Positions 8,801 through 19,300 of a stretch of 64,000 nucleotides of DNA are shown one piece after another. This stretch comes from Babesia bigemina (lineage: Eukaryota). Location: the NCBI RefSeq assembly GCF_000981445.1, contig NC_027218.1, positions 1,860,001-1,924,000 on the forward strand. Direction: 5' to 3'. A program made the position numbers and the translations under genes. The notes under the pieces were generated by a model that was not told the origin of the DNA, did no database searches, and saw only the letters and a list, made by a program, of their open reading frames with translations. How positions within the stretch are numbered: the stretch's first letter is position 1; each line of letters starts with the position of its first letter.

Positions 8801-10800
8801 CCTGTACCAGTCGGATTCACTTGAGTATGTTGTTGAATAGGGTCAGCAGCAGACCTCTGGACACCCCGGTCCGGACCACTATCGGAACCAGTGGCACCAG
8901 ATGGCACAGAGTCTGGACTTTGAACACTTGAAAGTTGGGTAATAGTAGCTTCTGAAGAAGCATCAGGCTGTGAACCTGGAGCACCATTAATCTGTGAACT
9001 CCCTCCACCGCCACCCGCACCAGACGACGAGCCAGAGGATGTTGTACCAGCAGCGGTGGTGGAAGTTTGCGACGTATCTTGACCGCTTCGTTGAGTGGTG
9101 CTAATAGGCACCTTACCATCCAGGCCCGTACCACCACCATTGCTAGAGGCACCAGGTGACTGAGGACCTGGAGGTTGAACACCTGGCGACTGAGGTTGTA
9201 CGGAAGACGTAGAGGAAGTAGGTTGTGGGCCCGCACTATCGCCCTGTGAACCTTTACCCCCGCCATCCGGCTTACTAGGGGAGGCAGGGCCTGCAGGAGC
9301 ACGGGGGGGAGTGGCTGGAGGGGGTTGTGCTGGAGACTGTCGTTGAACATTATTTTGAGGCGGAAAAGATGTTGTATACACGGTACTAGGATGCCCTAGG
9401 GGGCCTTTCTCACCTTTAGCCCCTGTCGATCCTGGCGCTCCTGTACCACCGGGATGCTTAGATGAAGATGTGACGACTGATGAAGTTGTAGGCTTTCGTT
9501 CACTTTGACCATTATTCTGATTCGGAGATGACCCCGCGTTTTTTAGCACTGGCTTCGTAGCGTCGGCTTTGGTGACCACGGGCTTGGCAGCCTCGGTTTT
9601 AGTGGCTTCGGTTTTGGTGGCAGTTGGCTCTACCGCCCTGGCATTGGTGACCAAGGGCGCAGCGCCGCATTCATAACCATCTAAAATATCTTTAAGTTTC
9701 CTAAGCAGTACATCTAGCTGGATGAACTTTTGAAATATAGGACCCCATTCATCTAATTTAGATGGCTTGGCCCACACTCTCTGTTTACTGCCGTCGAAAA
9801 TGAATCCATGAGGATAGAGTTTATCGTTGGCAAATGGTTGCAGTTCAGTGCTGCGTGAATAAATTGACTGCGGTATCATTTTACCTAATTCGCTTGCGGT
9901 TTTTGACAAGTTCGCTTTGCACCACTCGGCGGCCTTTGTAACAAATTTAACAGGCTCTTTAGGTTTAAACGCTATACCGGTAGCAGAAAATCCTGCGGCC
10001 GTCAGTTGATCGATGTGTTCTTTCAGAAGTTGACAATGATCTTTTAAATCTGTCCAACATATTGTATTAGTTCCAATGGCTTTTTCCACAGACGATTTGT
10101 ACTTATTGCCGTCAGGGTCACCAATCACCAACTCGCAAAATACGGGCAGAAGAAAGACGGCGTTCCCGGTATTCACAGGGTCTAACGGTCGTGCCAAGGT
10201 TATCAACATAACATTTCGAAAATGATCATGCACCGGATGTCCTCTAGCACCGTATTTATTTAAAATTGTTTTTAAATCCTCTACTAGTGTGCTACCCTGT
10301 ACACTACTAAGCTCTTTGTCACTGAACCCGCCACGAAGAATGTAATTCCCAGTAGTCAAAAACGTCCGAAAATCTCCGGAATTAGGAGACTGTGAAGCCC
10401 AATCCCCACCTCCAACACCGCTAAACGCGCCATCCACGTGATACTGTATGAAAGAAAGCGCAGCAAGTAACTTAGGGGTGCATTCTAAAAGAGCGTCCAG
10501 AATAAGCTTTGGATCCCTCAATGTAACCTCATAAGGGCGCAGTGTAGTACCTACATTAAATGACAATTTCTTATGTAGACTGTCGACATTTTTTATGAAA
10601 TTAACATATCGATTTTGTAATTGCCCCTTGAATTGTGAGTTAGATCCATAATAAGGTCTCAACTCTTGAACAATCCCAGTTACCACATGGCTCCTTTGAC
10701 CGTTTCGGCCGTTCAACCACTCTAGGAACTGGAGACAGTCTTTTAGCGTGTCAAGCGGCACTCCATGTGCCGTGCCTCCAGCAGCGCCTTTCGCCGCCAT
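5812..10800 (-). CDS. VESA-like variant surface antigen (ves1-related; long low-complexity centre, C-terminal TM)
   Basis: ATG at 10800 (MAAKG...; the track extends to an upstream GTG). N-terminal LDTLKDCLQFLEWL is shared with the 48721 and 61483 paralogs; the centre is P/S/G/T/Q-rich; the Cys-rich C-domain has PRTVRQMLCWL, QC..GW..C.YG and SPLQGFLTD; then TM and tail LDVLRIRSHL..TKASH.IDVKALL. Confidence 0.85.
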   Translation of the reverse strand: MAAKGAAGGTAHGVPLDTLKDCLQFLEWLNGRNGQRSHVVTGIVQELRPYYGSNSQFKGQLQNRYVNFIKNVDSLHKKLSFNVGTTLRPYEVTLRDPKLILDALLECTPKLLAALSFIQYHVDGAFSGVGGGDWASQSPNSGDFRTFLTTGNYILRGGFSDKELSSVQGSTLVEDLKTILNKYGARGHPVHDHFRNVMLITLARPLDPVNTGNAVFLLPVFCELVIGDPDGNKYKSSVEKAIGTNTICWTDLKDHCQLLKEHIDQLTAAGFSATGIAFKPKEPVKFVTKAAEWCKANLSKTASELGKMIPQSIYSRSTELQPFANDKLYPHGFIFDGSKQRVWAKPSKLDEWGPIFQKFIQLDVLLRKLKDILDGYECGAAPLVTNARAVEPTATKTEATKTEAAKPVVTKADATKPVLKNAGSSPNQNNGQSERKPTTSSVVTSSSKHPGGTGAPGSTGAKGEKGPLGHPSTVYTTSFPPQNNVQRQSPAQPPPATPPRAPAGPASPSKPDGGGKGSQGDSAGPQPTSSTSSVQPQSPGVQPPGPQSPGASSNGGGTGLDGKVPISTTQRSGQDTSQTSTTAAGTTSSGSSSGAGGGGGSSQINGAPGSQPDASSEATITQLSSVQSPDSVPSGATGSDSGPDRGVQRSAADPIQQHTQVNPTGTGIVSTASAATDSTSTAVGSGDGAGMGGRGAGNGQPQTTVAIKKNAPACDANFLMNYKSDAEPPCQVISNLRSRTSPPTSYPAFDRAWEKVQENELQRKLDAKRRQQVAQLGRHTPIRHVQRPTGPSSLPSGGHTVNQRPYFVPGGGPSRQVSETLHVDLPSLEVSGDVVDSKPSKEIEDKLRRKLKAEEQVKLWQWQAKKEGDSYDKKLLKSDIYVYGSEVADTGTSVLGDSDVGLKGEFKGTPLPHNSDHLLPKQHAADRYKSYLQHGTISDGYAIRPPKTQRRTVHPLKPPKQYPTAQPTSNKPKSLLNPYDLSGIVLEPNQQGKKNVHGITGQQTKDNNMPLPLSFFMADGKPVAKPPSEKWKPKTVEPNDIYTMLEKDVQGNVLPAIPDILSKPIPDPKRNMRMPKLDNDKRYTAHTGKKDFVQRKSQSQIGYFDDHPGVMIDPGICPASYGNYVLPVGVTIPPTDSFNPPPRTVRQMLCWLSDLPSAPSFAVLTQLVASLFDSSHNIVASETFSDNDVISSMYDACGHASSVLGGIQGSSPADMSKFHFERYGVALMHYSEDPYTLLCQLLSYVYAAYHQLSFLRTQCSRDTHSGGWRDCQYGKNVNFSETWQCTKFPADIVKSHHHGCDPSPLQGFLTDHLDLSTYRYERDNMCRRSHIKMGFQHTDLQSKSMHGFYIYQLLIGACYTSDPLENLCRYLVCLTRRTPRTTGELVSYFHHFGIELHGYASDGLSPLGTALTKSYVDCPDWDHLGRHDLVAVKGIRGSESLISKNNSSHDNAHPRTLSTLVGCSGDPANCHPRISPITYRAYALYSQSFAHTYLSWAVYLPDRLHESLQKLYYELKKHDSSKCSSLHLCSTALPLLYLHGFTPPEGKSQPTVTCSDVITKLQEIVNGRPIADFISAMDNFLYGIREPFIFTIVALWSLAFLIFANTMLYRLDVLRIRSHLIRTKASHHIDVKALLTKGRKMLSLYKDVDYFDEDPIGQLVIR

Positions 10801-11565
10801 CCTGCTCACTCAACCACACGCATACATACTCTAATAACAAATTGAAACATGTGTCAAAGTAAAGGTGAACTACCAAACGCCTATGCGATCAGAGCTCCGA
10901 TGCGGACACGTAAGTGTTGCCATACTCAGACATCGATACGGAACAGACAAGTGCGCTACGTTAAAACGCTACACAGTGAACTGCCAGTGACTACGGCGTG
11001 AGTCACGATACCAACAACACGCCCACATTCCCCTTCAACAGACGAAGGACGAAACTCACCCCCTTCCACCTACCTGAGAATGAGGTAAGATGATAGGCTC
11101 ATATATTTGGCGACACCTTAGGCTGACTGGCGGGGGGATGGATCGCAGGGTAGAGCACGGCGTGCACCACGAGGGTTTGGGGTGGCAGGAAAGATGCCTT
11201 TCCTAACCCCGCATCATGGATCCGCCAAGCCGTCTCCCCAAGGCGCTAGGCCAACGCCCAAGCATCCGCCACCACCAACACCGTCGTTATATTACAACGG
11301 CGTGTATTACACCACATAAACAGCAGGCCCAGCAGGTCCTAGTTGGACTGCGAAGCTTACCCCACATTCATGTCTACATTATGTTTTCGATGTTGTTAAT
11401 TCAACCATGGAGTAATGCGTCGTATTAGTTACCTTCCGAACGGCATTATGCCTCAATGGCAAGGCTACTGTATCCTTGAATGTGTCACGCTTCACTCTGC
11501 TCCCAGACTGTAGATGCATTGGGCCACCTAACCAACTACACGTCGCATGTTAATTGACCACCTAA
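10801..11565 (-). promoter_or_regulatory. conserved 5' flank/UTR element of ves-like genes
   Basis: 10801-11210 aligns by eye (inverted) with 61075-61482, and 11200-11565 aligns (direct) with 59018-59380. Contains the motif YYYCTCAGGTAGGTGG. Confidence 0.75.
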
Positions 11566-12382
11566 CTGTATTAATTGGCACGTAATCTCATACACGGCAT
11601 TTCATTCATATAGTCACTATTTTAGCACAAAACTACTTAATGTGATATAAGGTCTAGTATCCCAGCCATGAGCAGATGGATTATCCGATTCAACCGGGAT
11701 TTCCCGAAAGCTGTTCACCTGCTTCGGCGACTCGCCACTTCGCAACATGTTTACCATCGTGTTACGAATTAACATCTCAATATAAAAATTTCGAGATTTT
11801 GTTGTTGCCCATCCCATCAATCTGTGGGCTGTCACTGAGTTGGGTAACACCTATACAGTTGCGGTTTGCATTTACCAATGTGACTTACTGCAACATTACA
11901 TAGCAGCTTATATAGTCTACCGTGAGCACATGACGATGAGTTAAGGCAGTAGGCGTGTGTTTCGCAACCCATTGTTCGACACGGCAAGGTGTCTAGTGGT
12001 GGTCACTTATCAACATTGGTGAAATAAGTGTCGTTCATCGATATGTACCAGGTATTACTCATTGTGACGTATGAAAGGCGTTGTCGATTTTTCGAATGGT
12101 GGCGATCGACGGTTGTGGCTGAATCATACCTCTGCCAATTCTCTTGCACCAGCTGAAAGACCGAGACTTTATGTAACGCAACTTCGTTCAAGCCTAACAA
12201 GCAGGCATATATATTCACGCAGAATCTTTAAACACAAAAGCATGTTATTGGATTTACAACGACAGCAATGTCAACAAACAACTATGATACCACTGGTGAC
12301 ACAAACCAAGAAGTGACAAACATGAATTATGACAATTAAACTCTGTCATTGACAAAAAGATTTACTACATCTGAGCTTCCCA

Positions 12383-15256
12383 TTACTTGGAGTAGTAGTT
12401 CTCAATCTGTATGGTAGACAGGACGATACCCTTAACGGTGACGCAGCGGCACTCCAACGGAGTCGTCTGGCGCAGAGTCTCCCGGGGTCCTACGAGTTCG
12501 CTGTTGAACTTCAGTGTCACAAAGTGATTAGTGTGCGATGCACCCAACGACTTGCTTACATCGGTGACGTTCTTTGTTTCACCCTTCACTAACACTTGGT
12601 TGAAGCAGTCAGGTGGGTCGAGTACGTACGGCGCCGGGCAGTAGAACGCCGCTTCCTTGGCAGCTTGAAGGTCTATCCTGCAACCGACGTCTTGTCCAAT
12701 AGAATCGTAGAGTTTGGGTGTCTCAGGCTTGAAAAGCTTATCTGATTCGTACGTAACGCCGCAGCCTTGCATGTAGGGGTCCGTCATCTCTACGTCAATT
12801 TGGATTACGTTCCACGTGTATTCCTCTAACGGAGTTAAAGGCAGAGGAATGTCAGCTGCAGACGCGTCATCGTTGATTTGACCAAAATCTGATTCTAGAA
12901 TCTCCTTGCCGCAAATGAGTGTCATCGGCACATATTCCGAGTGATCTGGATCCCTAGATACCAAAATTGCGCCGCTATTGGATTTGATCATCAAATCACA
13001 ATGTTCGTCTGTATATTCTGACATAATGATGTCTAGTCCACTTTTTGAGCCTGCGATTCTATCTTCGTTTCGCTTTGGAATCAGCATATCTCCTTCCGCT
13101 GTAGTATATACTTTGTAATGGTTGTATCGAATATAATATGGCAACCATAGAGGTAGTGCGGCGGCGTTATTCTCACCGTTGTACAACGCGTGATCCACAA
13201 CACACCGCATGAAGAATTCTGTGCCCGAATGTAGCTTTATAGGTCTCTGGGGCATGTTGTGTAGCACAATTGATCGCATAGGATTGGAGACACCGTAAAA
13301 TAATGCCACCTCACTCCAGGGCAGTAATGAGTAAGGCAGCGACCTTTGATATGCCTCTTCACGACGTACTGTGTACGTGTACTCTTCACGACGGTTGGAT
13401 CTCAAAATAAGTCTGGATGTCTCGTATCCATGTTCATTGACACAACTGCAAGAGTGACTGACGGGCACATTTTGGAAGCTCATGGCGAATACCTGAAATC
13501 CTCGAACGGGGTAAAGTGTGACATTGCGCACAGATGTAGGGAATGGCGCAACCTGATTGGAGGAAAGATCGTATCCTGTGGACTCGCAATTGTCTGGAAA
13601 CAGCTCCTCATTGGGTCCGCATTGAATGCCGGCTTGTTTCTCGCCACTCATGACATTCAACAGCCATTCAGATGTTAACGCCATACCATTCCGCATGTCT
13701 CTAATCGTAAGCGATCCAATATCATGTGCCGGATTAAACATACCTAGTTTCCATCGGTCACTACCAATAATATTGTAGCAATAAGTAGGCGCAAATGAGA
13801 CGTTCACCACAGCGCGTATTTTCTCGAGAACATTTTCGTTTCTAGATATGAATGTCCAGTGATATAAGAACGAGTTGTATCCTCTTCGTAACGCCAGAGG
13901 TCTGTCCATACGGTACTTCAGCTTCACCTCTCCTCTCTCCATTTGTGAAACATCTACTTCGAGCACGTCGCCAGTAAAAACTTCGTTGATCCAGATTTCG
14001 TCGTAAAGATTGATGTCATGAATTGTTTGTCTTCGGCGTAGCGTCAACGCCGTGTCCGGCTTGAATTCACTGTCGTATGCATGGGTAGATGGAAGTTGCG
14101 ATAATGGGACTGTCGAAGCATCATCGTCGATATCTTCAACGTCGTCTTCGTATTCCTCGCCGGTAGCAGCAAATTTGTCTGTCTGTTTTGGCAACTTTAT
14201 GGTCAACGTAGCACCCGGATGTAGCATCACTGAACACCAGGGGCCAATAATAGGCTTGACCCTGTTACGGACAACCATGCTAGCAATGTCACAAACGTAT
14301 TCAGTTTTCCAACGAATCTCCATTCTTGCCTTGACGTGACCAGTCCCAGGATCTATGCATCGGCATTCGCCGTTGAAACGGGGTAATGCTACGCCATTAA
14401 AATATTGCGCTATAACCCAATTTCCACGATTATATACATGCTTATATAAATGTGGTGTAGGGGCAGGCACAACTCTGTCCGTACTGTCGATGAGATACCT
14501 CATGCAATCATCAGGTTCAATACGCCCTTGACAAATGAAGCCTATGGGCGATTCTGACATCGGATCTACCATACACGACCGTGTGCCCGTTTCGGAGTCC
14601 ACGGTAACATAATCCGAAGCAAACAGTGGTGAAGGGCGGCTTCCACAGCCCTGCAGAAGTTTGTGCTTGAGGCCTCTGTGCAAGAATACAACACCCAAGC
14701 TTCCACCTATCTTGGCTATTTCTTCAATCAATGGCGTCCTAAATTCCCATGAATAAACTTCTATTTCATAAATCTCTTGTAGGCGAGCAAGTTGGGCTTG
14801 CAGCGCCTCACCCAATACCAAATCTCTAGGACCACAAATAAATACCAAACGTTCTGCAGTAATGGCATATATATCGTCATCCATTAGATCAATATGCAAC
14901 TCTGTTTGCGACTCCTTTGGCACTTTCCGAACATATGGACGTGGTGCTTCGGTGACCACCACGCTCGAAAAAGGGACGGAGTGGAACTTACCGTCGTCAA
15001 TTACATGAATTGTGAGAATGTCGTCATTATCAGCATTTGTTTGGTGATGCCATACATAGTCAGCACCGTTGACTTGGCGTGGGCATGCCAGAGTTGCCAT
15101 CCCAATGTCATCCATGTTTATGTTGTATGCAACCAGGGGATTGGTATCCAAGGAACTCATACCACTAATGAAATCATACTCCAATGCGTCTATGAAACCA
15201 ATAAGCTGCAGAATTAGAGTGCAAATTGCCAACGGTGCTCCTATAAATTTCGCCAT
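12383..15256 (-). CDS. 6-Cys (s48/45 domain) family secreted protein
   Basis: Signal peptide (MAKFIGAPLAICTLILQLIGFIDA); repeated s48/45-type Cys patterns (QGCG...C.VD...GFIC...P.DC...ECRC; C-terminal MQGCG...GCRIDL...FYCP...PPDCF...LECRCV); no hydrophobic C-terminus. Confidence 0.8.
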   Translation of the reverse strand: MAKFIGAPLAICTLILQLIGFIDALEYDFISGMSSLDTNPLVAYNINMDDIGMATLACPRQVNGADYVWHHQTNADNDDILTIHVIDDGKFHSVPFSSVVVTEAPRPYVRKVPKESQTELHIDLMDDDIYAITAERLVFICGPRDLVLGEALQAQLARLQEIYEIEVYSWEFRTPLIEEIAKIGGSLGVVFLHRGLKHKLLQGCGSRPSPLFASDYVTVDSETGTRSCMVDPMSESPIGFICQGRIEPDDCMRYLIDSTDRVVPAPTPHLYKHVYNRGNWVIAQYFNGVALPRFNGECRCIDPGTGHVKARMEIRWKTEYVCDIASMVVRNRVKPIIGPWCSVMLHPGATLTIKLPKQTDKFAATGEEYEDDVEDIDDDASTVPLSQLPSTHAYDSEFKPDTALTLRRRQTIHDINLYDEIWINEVFTGDVLEVDVSQMERGEVKLKYRMDRPLALRRGYNSFLYHWTFISRNENVLEKIRAVVNVSFAPTYCYNIIGSDRWKLGMFNPAHDIGSLTIRDMRNGMALTSEWLLNVMSGEKQAGIQCGPNEELFPDNCESTGYDLSSNQVAPFPTSVRNVTLYPVRGFQVFAMSFQNVPVSHSCSCVNEHGYETSRLILRSNRREEYTYTVRREEAYQRSLPYSLLPWSEVALFYGVSNPMRSIVLHNMPQRPIKLHSGTEFFMRCVVDHALYNGENNAAALPLWLPYYIRYNHYKVYTTAEGDMLIPKRNEDRIAGSKSGLDIIMSEYTDEHCDLMIKSNSGAILVSRDPDHSEYVPMTLICGKEILESDFGQINDDASAADIPLPLTPLEEYTWNVIQIDVEMTDPYMQGCGVTYESDKLFKPETPKLYDSIGQDVGCRIDLQAAKEAAFYCPAPYVLDPPDCFNQVLVKGETKNVTDVSKSLGASHTNHFVTLKFNSELVGPRETLRQTTPLECRCVTVKGIVLSTIQIENYYSK

Positions 15257-16359
15257 GGTTATATTTTGCGTCCGACGACAGACAAAAATAATCCTGAGTA
15301 AAAATGAACTTCAACCAACTTATAACGCATGAAAAGATAACTTAATTAATAAGTAGGTCTGGTAATTTTTTGAAGCAGTGGCAGTGAAGATCCCATCTCC
15401 CCAGCTAGCTGGCTTGTTACCGAAGAATTAAAAAAAAATAAACAGGACTAAAAATTGAAGTCACTATAGTGGACAGCAATAATTGCGTTCTTCTATTGAA
15501 AGACATTTATATGTACACTATAACACTAAAATTATTACATGAAGCATCGTTGCGCTTCCCGAGAAAATTCTCAACAAGACACCCATTATTGGCGATACAT
15601 TATCGTCACAAGGCTATCAACATTATCCATATGGCGATATAAAGCGCATATAACCTGGTGGAGAAGATGTAATATGAGCGTGAAAGGTGCCAATGTCTTT
15701 TAAAGTATCACACGATGCCCATGGTTGTACCACATGTTGTGACGTTGGAAGGACTTGTGGCGCGACAGTATAATATGCAGCTACTAGCACTTGGCAAATA
15801 TGATCGCATAAATTACCACATCCAACGGGTTGTTAGAGCAACAAACCCATACGTTGCGATGAGTAACGTGAACCATATAGAAGATAATGAACCGGCCAAC
15901 TAACCTCGAGCCCAAACTAGATGGATACACGCATGAATGGCACCAGTGACGACCGGCAATGGACCGACGTGGAACCTGCAACCAGTAGCAGCGTGAGGCG
16001 GCAGCCCCGCAAAATCGAAAATCGGCGCTAGGCACGTAGCCACACAGCACACTGTAAAATGAGAGCAGATAACAATAATACAAAAGCAAAAACAAAGCGG
16101 GTTAGCTAGATTTAATCATGGGGCGTCATGGGCGACAGGCTCATGTAATGCAAAATACAAATAATTGCTACATTAAAAACAAAAAATAATTCCCCATACT
16201 GCTGTACGCAGAACTTCTACACCAGTTGTGCTGTGAGCAATCCCATAGCTGGTCGTTATGCTTGTTGGCGTGAGTGCAAACATTTGGATAGCAGATGCAT
16301 GGTGCAAACATCACAACCGCAACACCGTACCGCAGTCACCTGTGCAACGTAGACTGACT

Positions 16360-19300
16360 TCATGAGGATGGGGACGGGTTGACTCCCCACAACTGCATGA
16401 GGGAGGGTTCGTCCCTCACCATCCCCTCTTTCACGTGCAGCAGCCGAGAGCAGCGGCGCAGCATACGCCGGTCGTGCGTCACCAAGAACGTAATGCAGTG
16501 GGAGAAGTACCGATAGACTAGGCTGCATATCGACTTGCCTGACCCGAAGCACGACAGTTCCGATGCACAACACGACCGCACCTCATCGTCGTCGTCAGCG
16601 ACCTCAGCCCACTGTGGCTCGTCGATCAGGATGATGCGATACATCCGGCGATACAGCACCAGACGCGCGAACCACAACTGGCGCTGCTGCGAAACGGACA
16701 GCACAATGCGGCTGTGGTTGCCTTTGAGGTATGACAAGGTGGGCGCCTCCGAGGAGCGGGAAGCCCAGCCGTTACCAGACAACGGGCAGAGAGGTGGCGC
16801 CACGAAGAGTTTCTTGACAGCAGTAGATTCTTCTGGGACTAGCACAGTGTCCAGTTCGCAACCTCCAGGCAACGATTTGACAAGCTCCAGCATGCCGCAG
16901 CAGTCCAGGGCGTGCATGATCTCGTCGTCCGAGTACAACATGCGCGGGTCCAGGAACCGACGCAGAGTCCATCCCTTAAATATAAATGGCAGCTGCGGGA
17001 GTACCCCAATAACGTGTCTCAGCACCTTGCGTGGGATCGTGTTCAACTCCACGCCATCCAGAAGCACAGTGCCCCCCCTTCCAGGTGCCACGTTCTGCAA
17101 CACGCTCAGCAGAGTGCTCTTGCCGGCGCCAGTACGGCCCATTATGCCGATAACGTCACCAACACGAGCGCAGAAGGAGACATCACGCAATATGTAATGC
17201 GTGCTCACAGTGCCGGGAGGTGTCGGGGTCATCAACGAGACATCCTTGAGTTCCAGCAGTAGTGTGGCGGGAGGAAGGTAGTCAGACACGCGCAATACTT
17301 CAATATAGGGCTTGTAGAACTTCCAGCCGAAAAGTGAAATGTAACGACGGAAGCAATGCGACCGATACTCAAAAATTCGCCGATGTAGTAGTGCGGCGTA
17401 TGATGCTTCAAAATCATCGCCCTGCTGACATACTTCAAAAACCTCCTCGGGCGAGTGGGGAATGTTGACGGAGCAGTGGTCCGATGAAATCGGCATCATC
17501 GCGTCACCTACGTCATCTATATCCATTGAAGTGGTTTGTGTGCCCACAAATGAGTCTTCCCTGCCATACGACGGGGGAACGTAAAGCATGTTCTCGCCCA
17601 TGCTGTCGAACTTGTCATACAGCGAAGAGCCATCCTGCATGAAGAAAGACTCGAATCGCGCAACCGAGCACATGTACCTCTCCAGCTGGGCGTAGTTGTT
17701 GATGAGCGATCTCAGGCTGTTGCCGAAACCCAGGCATAGGGAAATGGCAACGCCGAGTTGGCCTACCTTGTGCGGCTCGCCAGCGACGTAGCTGCGCAAG
17801 ACTGGTATCGTGATGAACACGGCAATCATCATGGTGGCACCCATATTGGTAGCCAGAGTAACCCACATAGTGAACGCTGCCTTCATGAAGTGCGTGCGGT
17901 AGTACTCGTCCGACCGTGCCCTGACGTCTTGCAACCACATGCTTTCCTTGCGAAAACTTCGGTATACCGAAGAACCGCTCATCACATCGTTGTAGACTAC
18001 GTTCACGCTGCTGTTGGCGTCCAGCATCAATCGCTGCAGAATCTTGGAGGCGCGGATCACCTTGCGATGGGCAAAGTAGTACAGGAGGAAGCATGTGACC
18101 AAGGGCACCGGCACAGCGACCGGCATCACATAGCACAACGTAGCGAATTTGACCAAAAACGACAACAACGAGTACGATGTCTCGTGTATGTAAAAACCGA
18201 TATGCTCATCGATGATGTGGATATCGCTCGTAAGGAAGGTCATCAGCGCACCCATGCACGACTTCAGCTGCAATATTGCAGACGGCTTGAGAAACGTCGA
18301 TTTAAGAGCAAAACCGAAGAGCCTACGCGATCCACGCAAGCTGGCGAATACGACAACAAACATAAGCACGGAGAAGCATCCCACGGAGGCAAAAGTGAAA
18401 ATAGTAATCCACACGTAATACTTGCGGTGGTGAGACATCACGTCCACGTCGGAACCATCCGTTGCTTTACGAAGAGTGTCAACCCACTTGGCGGCGAGCA
18501 GGAGCTTGATGTTCACAGAGGCATGGCTTACCAGGATGAATAGAAACAGGACAAACAATAGGAAATAGCCAACTGCGCGGAAGTAGACCAGATACGCGCT
18601 CCATATGTTGGCAGGTTTGCCACCGTTGGCTGATGTGACCATCGACAGGGTTCTTAAGGGCGGATATTGGTCAAATGTTGACATTCCACTAGTAATGCCT
18701 TTGTACATGACTACAGACCGGGCACTATCTCCGTTCGATATCCTCCCAAACGCATTGTAACTGACATCATCAGCGCCCGATTTTGCGGATGACGGAGTGT
18801 CACTTGTCAAATCGAACCCCAAATGCATACCAAGGGACATGGGGTCTTTGAGAACACCGTTTTCTATCACGCGCACGAATACGTCCACGAGTCCGGAGAT
18901 AGACTCGGGTGTCATAGCGATATCCAATGTCATTGTAGACATCGACATCACCACGGCAACATCAGGACGCACCAATAGGCCGTTCCGTTTGTTCAGCAGG
19001 TTCCTCAAAATGGAACGCGCAACGCTAGAATCCAACCCGTTGAAAGGCTCGTCCAGACAGACCAAGAAACAGCACCGGTCGCCGACCAAGCGTTCGTTGG
19101 CCTTGCTGAAGATCAGGTAGGCGTAGAGAGCACGCGCCAGGCTCAGCCTCACGCGCTGGCCGCCACTCAGCGAGTAGCCCTTCTCGGAGATCACACGCAT
19201 GTCCCCGTCCTCCCAAGAAGCAAAGTCAGACTCCAGCTCAACCGCACACGTCACCTGCCGGTAGATGTCCTCGTCGAACGCGTACCCGAACGTGATGATC

